Below, in pieces: positions 26,011 to 37,940 of a DNA stretch of 64,000 bases. The DNA comes from Squalus acanthias (lineage: Eukaryota), in the NCBI GenBank assembly GCA_030390025.1, contig CM059438.1, positions 52,578,001-52,642,000 on the forward strand, in the 5' to 3' direction. Below the pieces are notes generated by a model. That model was given only the letters and a program-made list of their open reading frames with translations, was not told where the DNA came from and did not search any database. Each line of letters begins with the position of its first letter. Position 1 is the stretch's first letter. The position numbers were made by a program, and so were the translations under genes.

Positions 26011-27528
26011 CTACTTTTGCGTCATTTTTCTTTTCCAAGTGCTTCTATGAGGTGCAACCCCTGTGGCTTCAGTAGAGGTAGAGGCAGTCTGCTCACTTCC
26101 CTGCGGCGACTCGTTAAGACACTTTTGGCGGACGTCCTCTGGGTTTTTGAGCCTGTGATGGCCCCACCAAAGTCTGCTCCTCCTGCAACTGTGCAGGGGC
26201 AGACTCAGCCATCGGGATCCGAGGAAGCATGTGGAGCTTTGACTGAGGGGGAGGCAATGGGGGAGAAGTGGGAGCCCTTTGAGAAGAGCCCCCACTTCCA
26301 TGTCCCCTCTCAAAATCATCCCTCTCATGGGCCACCCGCATTTCCCTGCTAGCAAGAAGCTGGAGAGCACCCTGCTGCATATCAGTGGGCGATTAACGCC
26401 CAGGTCTACGTTTATATCCCTCCTCGAGAGGAGGTCTATGAGCGTCTGCCATCTGTTGTCCACAGCTAGCATGTACTCATGTGACTGGCACATTTTCTGC
26501 TCCAGTCTTTCCATGGAACATCACATCATCACCATTGCCTGCGACATGGTGGTGCTCATGTTGGAGATGGACTCCTCCATTCTCTGCATATTTGCAGACA
26601 TCGCGGCTGCAAAAGATGCCAAAACTTCATGCAATTGTTGCTGCCCCTCCAAGATCACCCTCTTTCTCGATGGCCCCCGAGGCTCAGCATCTGCATGCAG
26701 CTTAGCAGAGCTTTGAGCGTCCTGCGCCCACCATTGTGGGGTGACAAAGCCACTTCCAAGGTAGCAGGCAAAAATGGACAACACCGGAAAGTGGTGCAAA
26801 GAAATACATTTATGTGTGTCATCACCATCTGCTCTTGCTCACTTGTGAATTATGAGACAACAGGTGACAACTCTACCCAATGGCACACAGGACCCACCTC
26901 CGGTTCTCTGTCTCTCTTGCGTGTTCTGGGCTCTTTACGCCTGCAAGGAGGGAAAGAAGAGAAGATTGAGTGAGAGTGATGGAATGAGTGTAAGGAATGG
27001 ATGGGTTACATCTGTAGAGGATGAATTTGAGGGAGTGGGATGCCAATGCCAAATGGCCTCCTTCTGTGGTGCTACATGCTATGATTGCATTAGGATGAGG
27101 GTGAGTGTGAGGGGTGGTTAGTCAGATGGGGATGTGAGTATGTACATAGAGAGAGAGGGATGGGTGGACCTGGAAGGTATGTTGATGTGAGGAATGAATG
27201 TGCGGGAGAAGGTTTGGGAAGGCAGAGTGATGGGGATGTGGCGACAGGCACATCAGGATGAAGGTGAGTGTGGCATTGCACTCACCTTTCCTGACCTCAT
27301 GAGATCATTGAATCTTTTCCTGCACTGGATCCAGGTCCTCCTCACCACATCCCTGATGCTGACCTCTTCTGCTATATCCTGCCAGGCTCTGTTGCTGCCT
27401 TTTGGAGGTCTCCTTCGCCTATCAGCAGGGAAGAGGACCTCCCTGCGTGCTCTGACTGCTTCCACCAGTGTATGGAGGGATGCGTCAGAAAACCGTGGTG
27501 CAGCCCTCTGCCTTTGACTATCCATCAT
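26011..27528 (-). pseudogene. Harbinger Myb/SANT-like DNA-binding protein gene (NAIF1-type), multi-exon, disrupted
   Basis: Exon 27528-27286 RAAPRFSDASLHTLVEAV...W..IAEEV...RTWIQCRKRFNDL with gtgagt donor; next exon from 26940 (ccttgcag) RAQN.QERQRTGGG with a premature stop. Confidence 0.85.
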
Positions 27529-28334
27529 TGCTGGGTTAGAACAGTACTCAGCCCTTTGGATTTCAGCTTCTACCCTCCTCTAGCAACCTTCAAATGAGTG
27601 GAGTGCAAGGCTGCTTTCAATATCGGCGCTGGAAACACGTGATCAATGATGTCATCAGACCCGCTCCATTTAATTGGGCCGGGAAATGCTCATGACTGCT
27701 TTAAGTGGGGCCATTAAGTTAAAGTCAGCCTGAAAAACACGCTGAGCAGAACATTGTGTTCCCGACCCGCCACGAGGCCCGCACGCGCCCTACCCGTATC
27801 CACGGTAAAAGTTCCGGCCAATGTCTCTAAAAGTTTCCCCACCACCGACATTAGGCTGACTGGCCTGTAGTTGCCGGTTTATCCCTCTCCCCTTTTTTGA
27901 ACAGGGGTGTAACACTTGCAATCCTCCAGTCCTCTGGCATCACTCCCATATCTAAGGTAGATTGGAAGATTGTGGCCAGAGCCTCCGCAATTTCCATCCT
28001 TACTTCCCTCAGGAACCTAGGATACATCCATCCGGACCGGGTGACCTTTCATTTTTGAGCACTGCCACCCTTTTAAGTACCTCCTCTTTATCTATTTTTA
28101 TCCTATCCAATTTCTCTGTTGTTATGTTAACTGATGTATGTGAGCGGGGCTCATATATTAGCTGACCTAGATATGCTTGATAAGAAGGGGAAAATACTCT
28201 GTGCACAGCTCTGTTAGCACTTGATTCCCTGAGAAATAAAAGTCTTTACTTTCTGCTAGAGATCATGAATAACAATTCAATAGTAATTGGTTACATTTGA
28301 TATTAGTAATCTTCTGGACTCTTCTTTTTTCTAG

Positions 28335-28462
28335 TGACCTATGGAATGACCAGTTCAAATACCTACTACTACACCAAGGTCATGTCAAACCTCTTCCTCT
28401 CTACTGCAGTAGATACAGGGGTCACCTTTCAAACTATCCACAGCATGGCTGACTTCTGGAAT
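28335..28462 (+). CDS. PKD2L1: PKD2L1 internal coding exon (end of S1, start of TOP domain), 128 bp
   Basis: Acceptor cttcttttttctag and donor gtgagt; translates (x)[42 protein letters not shown], matching recalled human PKD2L1 [22 protein letters not shown]...SMADFWD; ends in phase 0. Confidence 0.93.
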
Positions 28463-29136
28463 GTGAGTAGAAATCAGTGAATCCAGCAAAATACATTTGT
28501 TACAACACTGCAATCTGTAATGCCTCATGTATTATGCCAGACAGTGCTCCTTAATCAGGTTAATGGACCAAAGTATTCAGAATTGACATTTGGTGAGTTT
28601 GCAGATGGTTTGTTTTGGGGGCCTCGTGTTTTCAATCATAAAGTTACCAGAAATAAGCTGGCATTTTGCACATAAGATTTTAACAAAATGAACATAACTG
28701 CCTGAATTCTATATATTGAACAAGAAAAATCTGTGTATACCCTGAAAATACTTAGCAAATCTGAGAAATTGTCAGTTGTTGGTATTACTCATGAAGTTGA
28801 AATGTTTCAAACATTTTATAATATTCCATGAAAATATGCTTCTACAGCCATCATCACATTCAAATTGACCATAAGAAGATGGTCACATTTACTATCTATA
28901 ATGGTATAACCACACCAGGTACAAAATAATGACATGTACAATTATAAAAAACCGTCTTTAGTTGCTATTAATATGTTGTATTTTTTCCTTAGTGAGATTT
29001 GAGAGGTGACTACAGGGATTGTGTTATGAATTTGCACTCCCAGGGTGGTGTTTTACCTAGCAGAAGCACCTTAAGAATTCTAAAGGCTCCTTCCACTATT
29101 TTCCAGCTCTACTGGCAGTATGAATTGGTAAAATAA

Positions 29137-29232
29137 CTCTTTAAACAGGGTGACAGTGAGTGAGAACGCCTCTTTAAACAGCGTAGCAGGCAGTGACAAC
29201 GCCTCTTTAAACAGGGTGACAGTGAATAAGAG
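29137..29232. repeat. Short tandem repeat, ~3 copies of ~33 bp
   Basis: ctctttaaacag...gtgacagtga repeated three times. Confidence 0.7.
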
Positions 29233-30267
29233 CACCATTGGTTGACCGCTTTTGGTGGTTTTACAATCTCAATATCCATACCCTCTTTTTGAAAACTAAG
29301 GCAAAGTACTTAGTATATCTGCCACACCCTCTCTCTCCCTGCAAGCTTGCCTCTTTCATCTCTTAGTCGCCCTACCCCTACCTTGGACTGTCCTCTTGTT
29401 ACTGATGTGCCTATAGAAAGCCTTTCCATTGCTCTTTTTATTGGTAATTTTCCCATGTTGCCTCTTAGCCTTTGAAATCCTTTAAGGAGTTTCCTACAAT
29501 TGTTATAGTTTTCATCTCTTTCAATCTTATTATCTTTCCTGTTAGCACTAAATGCTTTTTTTAGTTATAAGTTTGATCTGATCTCCCTGTTCATTTTGGA
29601 ACTCCAGCCTTCAATAAACTCCCTTTATTCCTGACTGGAATATACTTGTACCATTTCCATCTTCGGTTTAGTTATTTCCCATTGCTGATCTACGATTCCA
29701 TTTCCCAATTTTTCCTTCCATTTAATTTGTCTCTTATCCAATTTTCTCATCTACCTTCTTGAATACAGTAGGAGTAAATTGTTGTGTTTAGAGTTTCATG
29801 CAGCAGTCGCCCATATTGGAAATTTGAGTGTGCACCTGATTTGTGGCTGCCACGATTTTCCATCCATTAATGGAATATCATGGGAGTCGCGAATTGAGCA
29901 TCTACCCCAATTCCCAATATGCACTGCTGGAGTGCAACGCTCTTTACTGGGAGTGCTAAACATAAACATTTACGCCAATGACTCATGCTGCTGAATGGTT
30001 CCACGGGCAGCAGCCGCTCCTCAATATCTCACCCAACTGGTCATTCTTCAGATGTGAGCCTCAAGAGTAAGTGGCTGTTTGACTAAGACAAGTTCAGGCA
30101 CGTCCTTGTGTCCTGCAATTCACTTCACAGCAAACACCATCAGGTACCTTGGCTCATCGCCTCTTGGGCCCAGGGAGGCGACATGTAGTGCTCCCATTGC
30201 TACTCAAGCTGAAACCAGTTAACTTAGCACAGAGCAGGGACTGAACATGGGCCTTCCTAATCTGCAC

Positions 30268-31285
30268 ATAATCCAGGCTGACACTTCAGTGCAGACTGAG
30301 AGAGTGCTGCACTGTCAGAGGTACCGTCTTTCAGATGAGACATTAAACTGGGGCCTTGTTTGATCTATCAGTTGGACGTAAAAGATTCTGTGAAGAAGAG
30401 CAGAGGAGTTCTCCAGTTGTCCTGGAAATATCACAAACACATGAGCCTAGTAATTGGGTCGCATAGTGCCCATTTTCGCACACTTCTGACCGAAGTGTGC
30501 TGCCCGCCATATTGGGTAAGGACAAACAAAAGGCGTCCTTTACAAATGCCTGAAGCAGGTGTTAGGCCCTTTGCATATGCAAATCAGATGATTAATGCCT
30601 GCTTCAGGTCCCCACTGCAAGATTGCCATAGCTGGCTGCACTCAGGGAAACCAACCCTGCAGAATGCCTGCAACAAAAAAGGTAAGTTACTTCCTAAATG
30701 TAGAGTCAGGAGGAGCAAGAGCAAGAGCATCACCGTCACTCCTGTCCCCCCCCCCCCCCCCGGTCCCGAGATCCTGACCTCCAGACTCCCTGACCCCCAA
30801 TCTCCATCTCCCCTGGCCCAGACTTTCAAGCTCCCAAATTTCCCCTCTGCCCCGGCCATCGATCACTCCCACCCCCAAGCCCCGTGATTCCCCCCCACCG
30901 GCCGCCAAACACTTTCCTGTGGACTGTTGCAGTGCTACCAGCGGCCCGAATATCTATCACCTACCTGTGTGGCCTCCTCCCACAGCACAGCTGATATGGG
31001 AATGAGGTCTGAGGCCCAATATGCAGAGCTCCTCAGGCCCTACCATTCCTGCGCAGGGTATGCACCCTGTGCAGGTGGAGTGCCTAAAATGGGCACTCCC
31101 AAATTTCCAGACCATTATCTGGTCATTTATCTCATTGCTGTTTGTGGGAACTTGCTCTGCGCAAATTGGTTGTCGCATTTCCCTCATTACAACAGTGACT
31201 ACACTTTAAAAAGTACTTCATTGGCTGCAAAGTGCTTTGGGGTGTCCTGAGGTCATGAAAGGTGCTATATAAATGCAAGTTTTTT
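30268..31285 (+). mobile_element. Deu-domain SINE split by a GC-rich Harbinger-type insert (~30443-31113)
   Basis: ctgacacttcagtgcag, gaagagcagaggagttctcc, then tail ggtgctatataaatgcaag; the insert ends aaatttccagacc. Confidence 0.7.
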
Positions 31286-31566
31286 TATTTCTTTTCTTTT
31301 TAGTGTTGTTCAATAGCCATGTGGCTAATTGGAACTCCAGATATGGCTAATTGCATTTCTGATTAGTAAATAAAAAATGACTAATAGTCACCATCATTGG
31401 ACATGCAATCTCCATACTCATATTCGTACATTGTATGAATGTGTACTTTAAACATTTTGTGCATTTATTGATAAAATGGTGAGATGAATAGCAGAGTGTT
31501 GCGAGAGCTTTACTTCCTTGGTTACTGAATGGCAGCAGATGTCTGTTAAGTAAACATACACATATA

Positions 31567-32322
31567 GGGCCAAAAATTTGGCCCTTGCCGGGTGAGTACG
31601 CACTGCGTACTCACCCGTAAGGCCGCCTGAAGTGCCGGTTTCCTGCCTGCACTGTGCATGCGCGGGAAACCGGAACTTCCGGTCTCGTGAAGGGAGCGGT
31701 TCAGAGGTGAACCGTGTGCGCGGTAGAGGCTGCGCGCATGCAGCAAACTTAGTTTTTTTTTCAGGTTTCTCTGGGAGGGTAAGTATGGAAGAAGCTGCGC
31801 TTTTAAAAAGGAGGCGCAAGACCCGTTTTTAACAAGGTAAGTGGTTAATTAATTATAATTTAAAAAATTTTCAACAGGTTTATCTTTTTTAGATACTTTA
31901 AAGAAAGGTAAGTTTATTTTTAGCACTGTTAAAAAGTATTTTAATTTTTTCAAAAATTAAAATTTTTGTTTAAAGTAGTTAATTTATTTAACTTATAGTT
32001 ATTTTAAAAATGTGATGGTTTTAAAAATAAATTTATTTGAAGTTTAGCTGTTCTTTTGGGGCCGATTTCAATTCATAGATTTGACAGGTCTTCTATGAAT
32101 GAAAGATGGTCTGCTGCCATTGGCTCTCCATGGCCCACGTGATCCCAGGGGAAGCATCGCACTAACTGCGCCCCTGGGACACGCAAGCACTGCGCGCCGG
32201 CAGTTGGAGCAGGCCCAGGAGCTGAAGTCCCCGTGGGCCCAAAACACAAAGGCAGGCGCGGTGGGTAAGTGCGTGCGCGATCCTTACCCCCGCGGCAAGC
32301 CGGAGAGGCGAATTTCTGGGCC
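31567..32322. mobile_element. MITE family 2, copy 1
   Basis: TIRs gggccaaaaatt / aatttctgggcc; colinear with 33817-34567; subterminal palindromes and AT-rich core. Confidence 0.85.
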
Positions 32323-33162
32323 TAGTTGTTTACCTGTATTGTGAGTGTACGTAAGGCTTTTTCAACTCAAATTAGTGCATGTGGTTAAAACAATGTTACC
32401 GTAGCCACAGCTGTGACTAAGCAATTTCTGTTGGACAACACTGATTTAAAGAAGGAAACCTGGAATTTCTGAGCTTTTATTAAATATTAATGATAGAAAT
32501 ATGTTATCTGATATATTTTCCATCATAACACATTAGCAACGCTGGGTGATATGAAAATCTCTGTTTCTAATGCAGCAGAAGGAAATTTAAAGGGAACAAT
32601 AAACTAGTTCAATCAATTGCAGAATGATTGAACACACTACGTGAACTTTCAGCATGTAAGGGTGGTCCTGCCACCAAAACTACTCTGTGGCCAGTGCCAC
32701 AGTTATTCTCCTCCCCTCCCCCCCACCTGAGGTGGCCTACTTGGCAGGACCAGAAATACCGCCTGAGAGCCTGCCATAATTATTATAATTAGCTTAATCC
32801 TGGACCACTGGGGGTCAGGGAGGAATGAGATGGGCCTGCACAAACCCACACAACCACCGATCCAGTGGGATTCCTGTTAGATCAGAAAATCCAGGGGAGG
32901 TTATCATTGCAGAGATTAATGAGGTGAAAGGTTGTTCAGATTCACAAACCTTCAAAAAAGCTTCAGTCACTCAGAGTTTCTCTCAACCCCAGTTGCAAAA
33001 TGCAAAACAGTTTGCTGGTAGCTTCAATGGTACCTTGGTGCCTATATAAGAACATGCACAGCAGCATATTCAGAAAGTCAGCACACTGTATCAAATCATG
33101 CTGTGCTAAACACTCAACACTAGGTGGCAGTCATATCAAAAGAACAGGTAATCATTAATTTC

Positions 33163-33628
33163 TTGAGAAGTCGCACAACACCAGGTTATAGTCCAACAGT
33201 TTTATTTGAAATCACAAGCTTTCGGAGCTTACACCCCTTCCTCAGGTGAAGTAAAGAAATACAGAATCGACAAAGCATATATAGATAGAGAACAATGCAT
33301 GTGTAACTTACAATGGCAGACGACTACATTTAAATCATCCTGACTGTTTATCTGCCGAGGTGTGACAAAAGGCAATCAGGTCAGCCAGGAAGGTAGATAA
33401 ACAGTCAGGATGATTTAAATGTAGTCGTCTGCCATTGTAAGTTACACATGCATTGTTCTCTATCTATATATGCTTTGTCGATTCTGTATTTCTTTACTTC
33501 ACCTGAGGAAGGGGTGTAAGCTCCGAAAGCTTGTGATTTCAAATAAAACTGTTGGACTATAACCTGGTGTTGTGCGACTTCTCATTTTTGTCCACCCCAG
33601 TCCAACACCGGCATCTCCGCATCATGAC
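33163..33628. mobile_element. Penelope-like element remnant with inverted pseudo-LTR (190-bp fold-back)
   Basis: Arms 33164-33353 and 33395-33584 are reverse complements; 10-bp TSD cattaatttc at 33153-33162 and 33629-33638; aataaa and a short unique tail. Confidence 0.85.
33499..33536 (+). ncRNA. Minimal type I hammerhead ribozyme motif (Penelope-associated); mirror copy on - strand at 33212-33249
   Basis: ucac-CUGAGGA-a-GGGGU(GUAA)GCUCC-GAAA-GCUU-guga: core boxes, stem II with GNRA loop, palindromic AAGCUU stem III. Confidence 0.7.
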
Positions 33629-33816
33629 CATTAATTTCCTGTTTGCAGAATTACACTGTTTTAAACTTAGCAGAAAAAGCTTCATCAATTTAAACTTTGC
33701 TAAGAAAATGAAAATATTGAATCAGCAGCGATCTGAAAGCACAGAAGATAGTCCACTAATAATTCACTGATAAGACAAAGTCTCAGCCCACTGCACAAAC
33801 AAAATTATGAATTATT

Positions 33817-34567
33817 GGGGCAGAAATTCGGCTGTTGTCTGGGTGAGTACGCACTGTGTACTCACCCGTGGACGGAACGAAAGTGCCGGTTTCTTGCATG
33901 CACTGCGCATGCGCGGGAAACCGGCACTTCTGTTCCCCTGAGGAAAGGGGTTCAGAGGTCGAACGCGCACACCGGAGGGCCAGCGCGTTCGCCTTGCACG
34001 TCGGGTTTTTTTACAGGTTCCTCCGTGAAGGTAAGCACGGAGAAGATACACTTTTAAAAAGGATGCGCAAGGCCTTTTTTTAACGAGGTAACTTGATTTT
34101 ATTAAAATTTAAACTTTTTTTCACAGATTTATCTTTTTTAATTACTTTAAAGAAAGGTAAGTTTAGTTTTAGCCCCATTAAAAAATGTAATTAATTTTTT
34201 CAAAAATTTAAATTTTTGTTTAAAATAGTTAATTAATGTAATTTATAGTTATTTTAAAAATGTGATGTTTTTTTAAAATTTATTTGTAGTTTTAGGGCCG
34301 ATCTGTATTCATAGATTTGACAGGTCTTCCTGTCAAATCTATGAATGAAAGATGGTCTGCTGCCATTGGCTCTCCATGGCCCACGTGATCCCAGGGGACG
34401 CATCGCACTAACTACGCCCCTGGGACACACAAGCACTGCACGCCGGCAGTTGGGGAGGCCCAGGAGCCGAAGTCCCCATGGGCCCAGAGGTCAACGGCAG
34501 GCGCGGTAGGTAGGTGCGTGCGCGATCCTTGCACCCGCAGGAAGCCAGGGAGCCGAATTTCTGGCCC
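33817..34567. mobile_element. MITE family 2, copy 2
   Basis: TIRs ggggcagaaattcggct / agccgaatttctggccc; TSD ATT (33814-33816, 34568-34570). Confidence 0.88.
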
Positions 34568-35002
34568 ATTGTCACACTGGCAATGGAACTCACCAAAGTA
34601 GTTATAGGGGCAGATTTTCTGAATGCATGCTCCCAGTGCGCAGCGTTGGCTGGCGGGTGTACATATTAAGAAATTGTGCACAGCCCCTAAAATTTCCCAT
34701 TCAAAATGGATGGAAAATCATGATACGTGCGATTGTCAACAGGTGAATTCTTCAGGTTATTCTTGTACTTTTATTAATTGTGTTGTTTACTAGTGGCGAA
34801 TTCACGTAGAATTGTTAGACGTCTATGTACTAATTGAATGTTAAAGAATGAACTTGCATTCTTATAGCATCTTATTACATGTTTGGGACATCCAAAATTG
34901 CTTCACAGCGAAAGAATGACTCTTGAAGTTTAGTCACTGTTATGTAAGCAAACTAGCAGCCAATGTGTACACAGCAAGATCCGACAAACAAAAATTGAGT
35001 TG

Positions 35003-35637
35003 AAAGCAAAATACTGTGGATGCTGGGAATCTGAAATAAAAACAGAAAATGCTGAAACACTAAGCAGATCTGGCAGCATCTGTGGAGAAATAGAGCAGTG
35101 CTTCCCCCAGCCCCACAAGCGAACCTGTTTCCCACTCCCTGCGATCAGACCCCCCCGGCCCACCGCCCACGATCGGACCCCCCTGCGAAATGCGAACTTA
35201 CCTGCTCCTGGGCTGCAGCTTCTTCTGCAGCATTCCCCGCCCAACAGGGAGTCAAGCCTGTCAATCAGGCTGGTTTCTGGGCGGGAACTGGTTAAAAAAA
35301 AACACGCAAGCTTGAAACTCCACCAGAACTCCTCCTCCCGCTTGGAAATCTCCTCCCAATAAATATTAGGGCCAACGTTTCAGGTTGTTGACCTTTCATC
35401 AGAATTAGAAGAAGTTAGAGATTTAACAGTTTATAAACAAGTACAGAGCCGGGGGCAAAGTGGGGAGGAGGGGAGGAAAGACCAAAAGGGAAGGTCTGTG
35501 ATAGGGTATTTCTGGGTTTCCCAGCCGCAGACACGTGCTCCCGCTCCCTCCCCATAAACATCGGGTTCGTAAACTCTGTTTTACTCTCCACAGATGCTGC
35601 CTGACCTGCTCAGTGTTTCCAGAATTTTCTGTATTTA
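35003..35637. mobile_element. Second Penelope-like fold-back remnant, interrupted by a Harbinger-type fragment (~35095-35373)
   Basis: Inverted ends gcagcatctgtggaga / tctccacagatgctgc; hammerhead-like core on - strand at 35374-35404. Confidence 0.65.
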
Positions 35638-36499
35638 ATTGAAATGAATGGCTAGTTATTCTGTTTTTGGAGATGTTGACTGAGGGAGTAATGTTGGAGA
35701 ACCCGCTGCTATTCTGAATTTTTATTTTTCTGAAGTTGTTCAATAAAATGCATTCCTGAAGAATAATTATTTTGAATTGCGATTCAAACAAAAATGTTCC
35801 AATTATTGTCAAAAATAGTGAGTTAACAGGATGGGAATAACTATAGCCAATTTTCCTGCTTCCCTGGGGTGGATGAAAGTGGTGGAAGAATCTGTTTTTT
35901 TTCCTTTTTTAAATGCTGCGCTGAGGTTAGTCAAGGTGTCCCAAGTGTTCTGCCTTTCCTCACTGGGCTGCTGACTCTCCAACACTCCACAGCACAACCA
36001 TGTTCCAGCTCATGACTGAGCCATATCTAGAAGAAGGTTTTGTCCTCTCTGAGCTGGGATTAATTTGCTCAAAGCACGTAACTGTTCTCACAAGCCCAAT
36101 TGTTATTTTCAAGTACCTCCTGCACCTGTATCTATAATAACAAAGAGGTTCCTACTGCAAACATCAAAATGATGTGGCTTGACTGCATGTAATGTACAAC
36201 ATTGAAATTGGAGTAGCACCATAAGAGCTGCTAGTACTGAACACGTTGATACGCAAAATCTGCCGCAGCTGTACCTCAATGTTCTTTATCAATCGTATAA
36301 AGTTCACACAGGGCACCAGTGGCAAATCTTCACACGTTGCTCCCTCTGCCAGACAATGTTACTCCCTGGAACGCTATTCTTTGTATACAGAAATCTCAAT
36401 GCTGAGAAAGAATCATGGCATAGGAACAGAAAGAGCTGCAGGAGACAAAAGAGGACTGAAGGAGGGGAGAAAGTAAAAATGTTGACAAAAGGACAAATA

Positions 36500-36766
36500 A
36501 ATTCTGGCCTCTTCCATCGCTCCAGCATTAGTGCCCGTGCCTTCAGCTGCCTAGGCCCTAAGCTCTGGAATTCCCTTCCTAAACCTCTCCACCTCTCTAC
36601 CTCTCTCCTCCTTTAAGATGCTCCTTAAAACCTACCTCTTCGCCTGTCCTAATATCTCCTTACGTAGCTCAGTGTCAGATTTTGTTTGATAACGCTCCTG
36701 TGAAGCGCCATGGGAGTTTTACTACTTAAAGGTGCAAAATACTATTGCAACTTGTTGTTGTTGTTG
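36500..36766 (+). mobile_element. L2 LINE 3' end
   Basis: RAFSCLGPKLWNSLP motif, ctccttaaaacctacctctt, (ttg)n tail. Confidence 0.8.
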
Positions 36767-37494
36767 TCTGCCTTGAATTAGCTTGATCTGCTGAAAAATA
36801 ATACAGTGGGATCTGATAAGGAGCTTTATGATATAGAAAATCACTCAGAGAGGAACAATCTCCATTTAATACGTCTGCTGAAGGTGTTGAGTGGATAAAT
36901 ACCACAGCCCTGTTTGCAGGATTTTCTGGATTTTGAAAATCTCCAGAACTGGAAGTTGACTGAGCACATAGTTCTCCAACTCTGCAAAAGGGACTACATG
37001 TGCTTATCTTCAAAATGTCAAGTTGCAAGAAAACTAGAGTCTTGAGGCAGTGTGGAAGAAAGGTGACTTAAGGCTGGGAGCTAACCATTCGAAGATCTTC
37101 CCATACATGTCACATAACCTGCAGAATGCCAGTCTTATTGTAATAGAATCAAGCGATTCCATGTTATAGGGGCATTCAATATGGCTTCCTTTGTCCTGCC
37201 AATCTGAATTCAATAGAGGAACTCTGTGGCACAGGAATTTAAGATATTAGCAGAGGAGTTATCAAATTTATTTTAAAAAGCAGATCTCAAATGCTGGGCA
37301 ATGTGCATAAGTGACACATCAGACTGTAATCTGTTATTTTGAGGATTAGATCTGGGGAGATTATTGTGTAAAAATTCAAAGTGAGCATTAGTTAAGGGAC
37401 AACGGATGTGAAAAAAGAAGCTTGGGCATCTGATGCATTAATCTGGCTGTTGAGTCTTGAACAACTATTGCATTAACTTGCTTATTCAACTATT

Positions 37495-37940
37495 CAGTGT
37501 CAGTTTGGCTTAGTTGGTAGCACTCTTACATCTGAGTCAAGAGGTAATGGGGTTACGTCCTTGGTCTAGGACTTGAGCGCATCATTTATGATGACACTGA
37601 CAGTGCAGTATTGAAGGAGTACTGCATTGTCAGAGATGCTGTATTTTGGAAGAGATGTTAAACCAAGACCCCGATCCCATGTCACTATTCAAGTAGAGCA
37701 AGAAGTTCTCCTGGTGTCCTGGCCAAAATTTCTGCCTCAAACAAAAGCAGATTAACTGGTCACTTATCTCATTTGCACTTTGTGGGCCCTTGCTGTGCAT
37801 AATAAGGTTGCTATATTTGTAAACATAAGAACAGTGACTACATGACTGCAGTTCAGAAAGAATTCATTGGTTGTGATCTGCTTTGGGATGTCCTGAGAAT
37901 GTGAAAGATGCTGTATAAAAGATGCTATATACAAGTTATT
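37495..37940 (+). mobile_element. Near full-length Deu-domain tRNA SINE (SacSINE1-like)
   Basis: A-box-like tggcttagttgg; Deu-like core gatcccatgtcactattc...gttctcctggtgtcctggccaa; L2-like tail. Confidence 0.75.

Larger units (their letters stand above)
23989..27819. mobile_element. Full-length two-gene PIF/Harbinger DNA transposon (~3.8 kb, decayed)
   Basis: TIRs ggccggaattttcccgttg / cacggtaaaagttccggcc; convergent transposase (+) and Myb/SANT (-) genes; nested in CR1. Confidence 0.92.

Noticed and set aside
24537..27528. Host genes HARBI1 / NAIF1 / MSANTD
   Set aside because: The region is bounded by TIRs, nested in a CR1, multi-copy and disrupted, so it is a transposon rather than the domesticated genes.
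1..28334. Upstream PKD2L1 exon (GLWGT...TTLREL..Y..FL)
   Set aside because: No matching sequence with splice sites was found by eye. It probably lies outside the window, though a diverged exon could have been missed.
37500..37575. tRNA gene
   Set aside because: It is the degenerate tRNA-like head of a SINE, with no complete cloverleaf.
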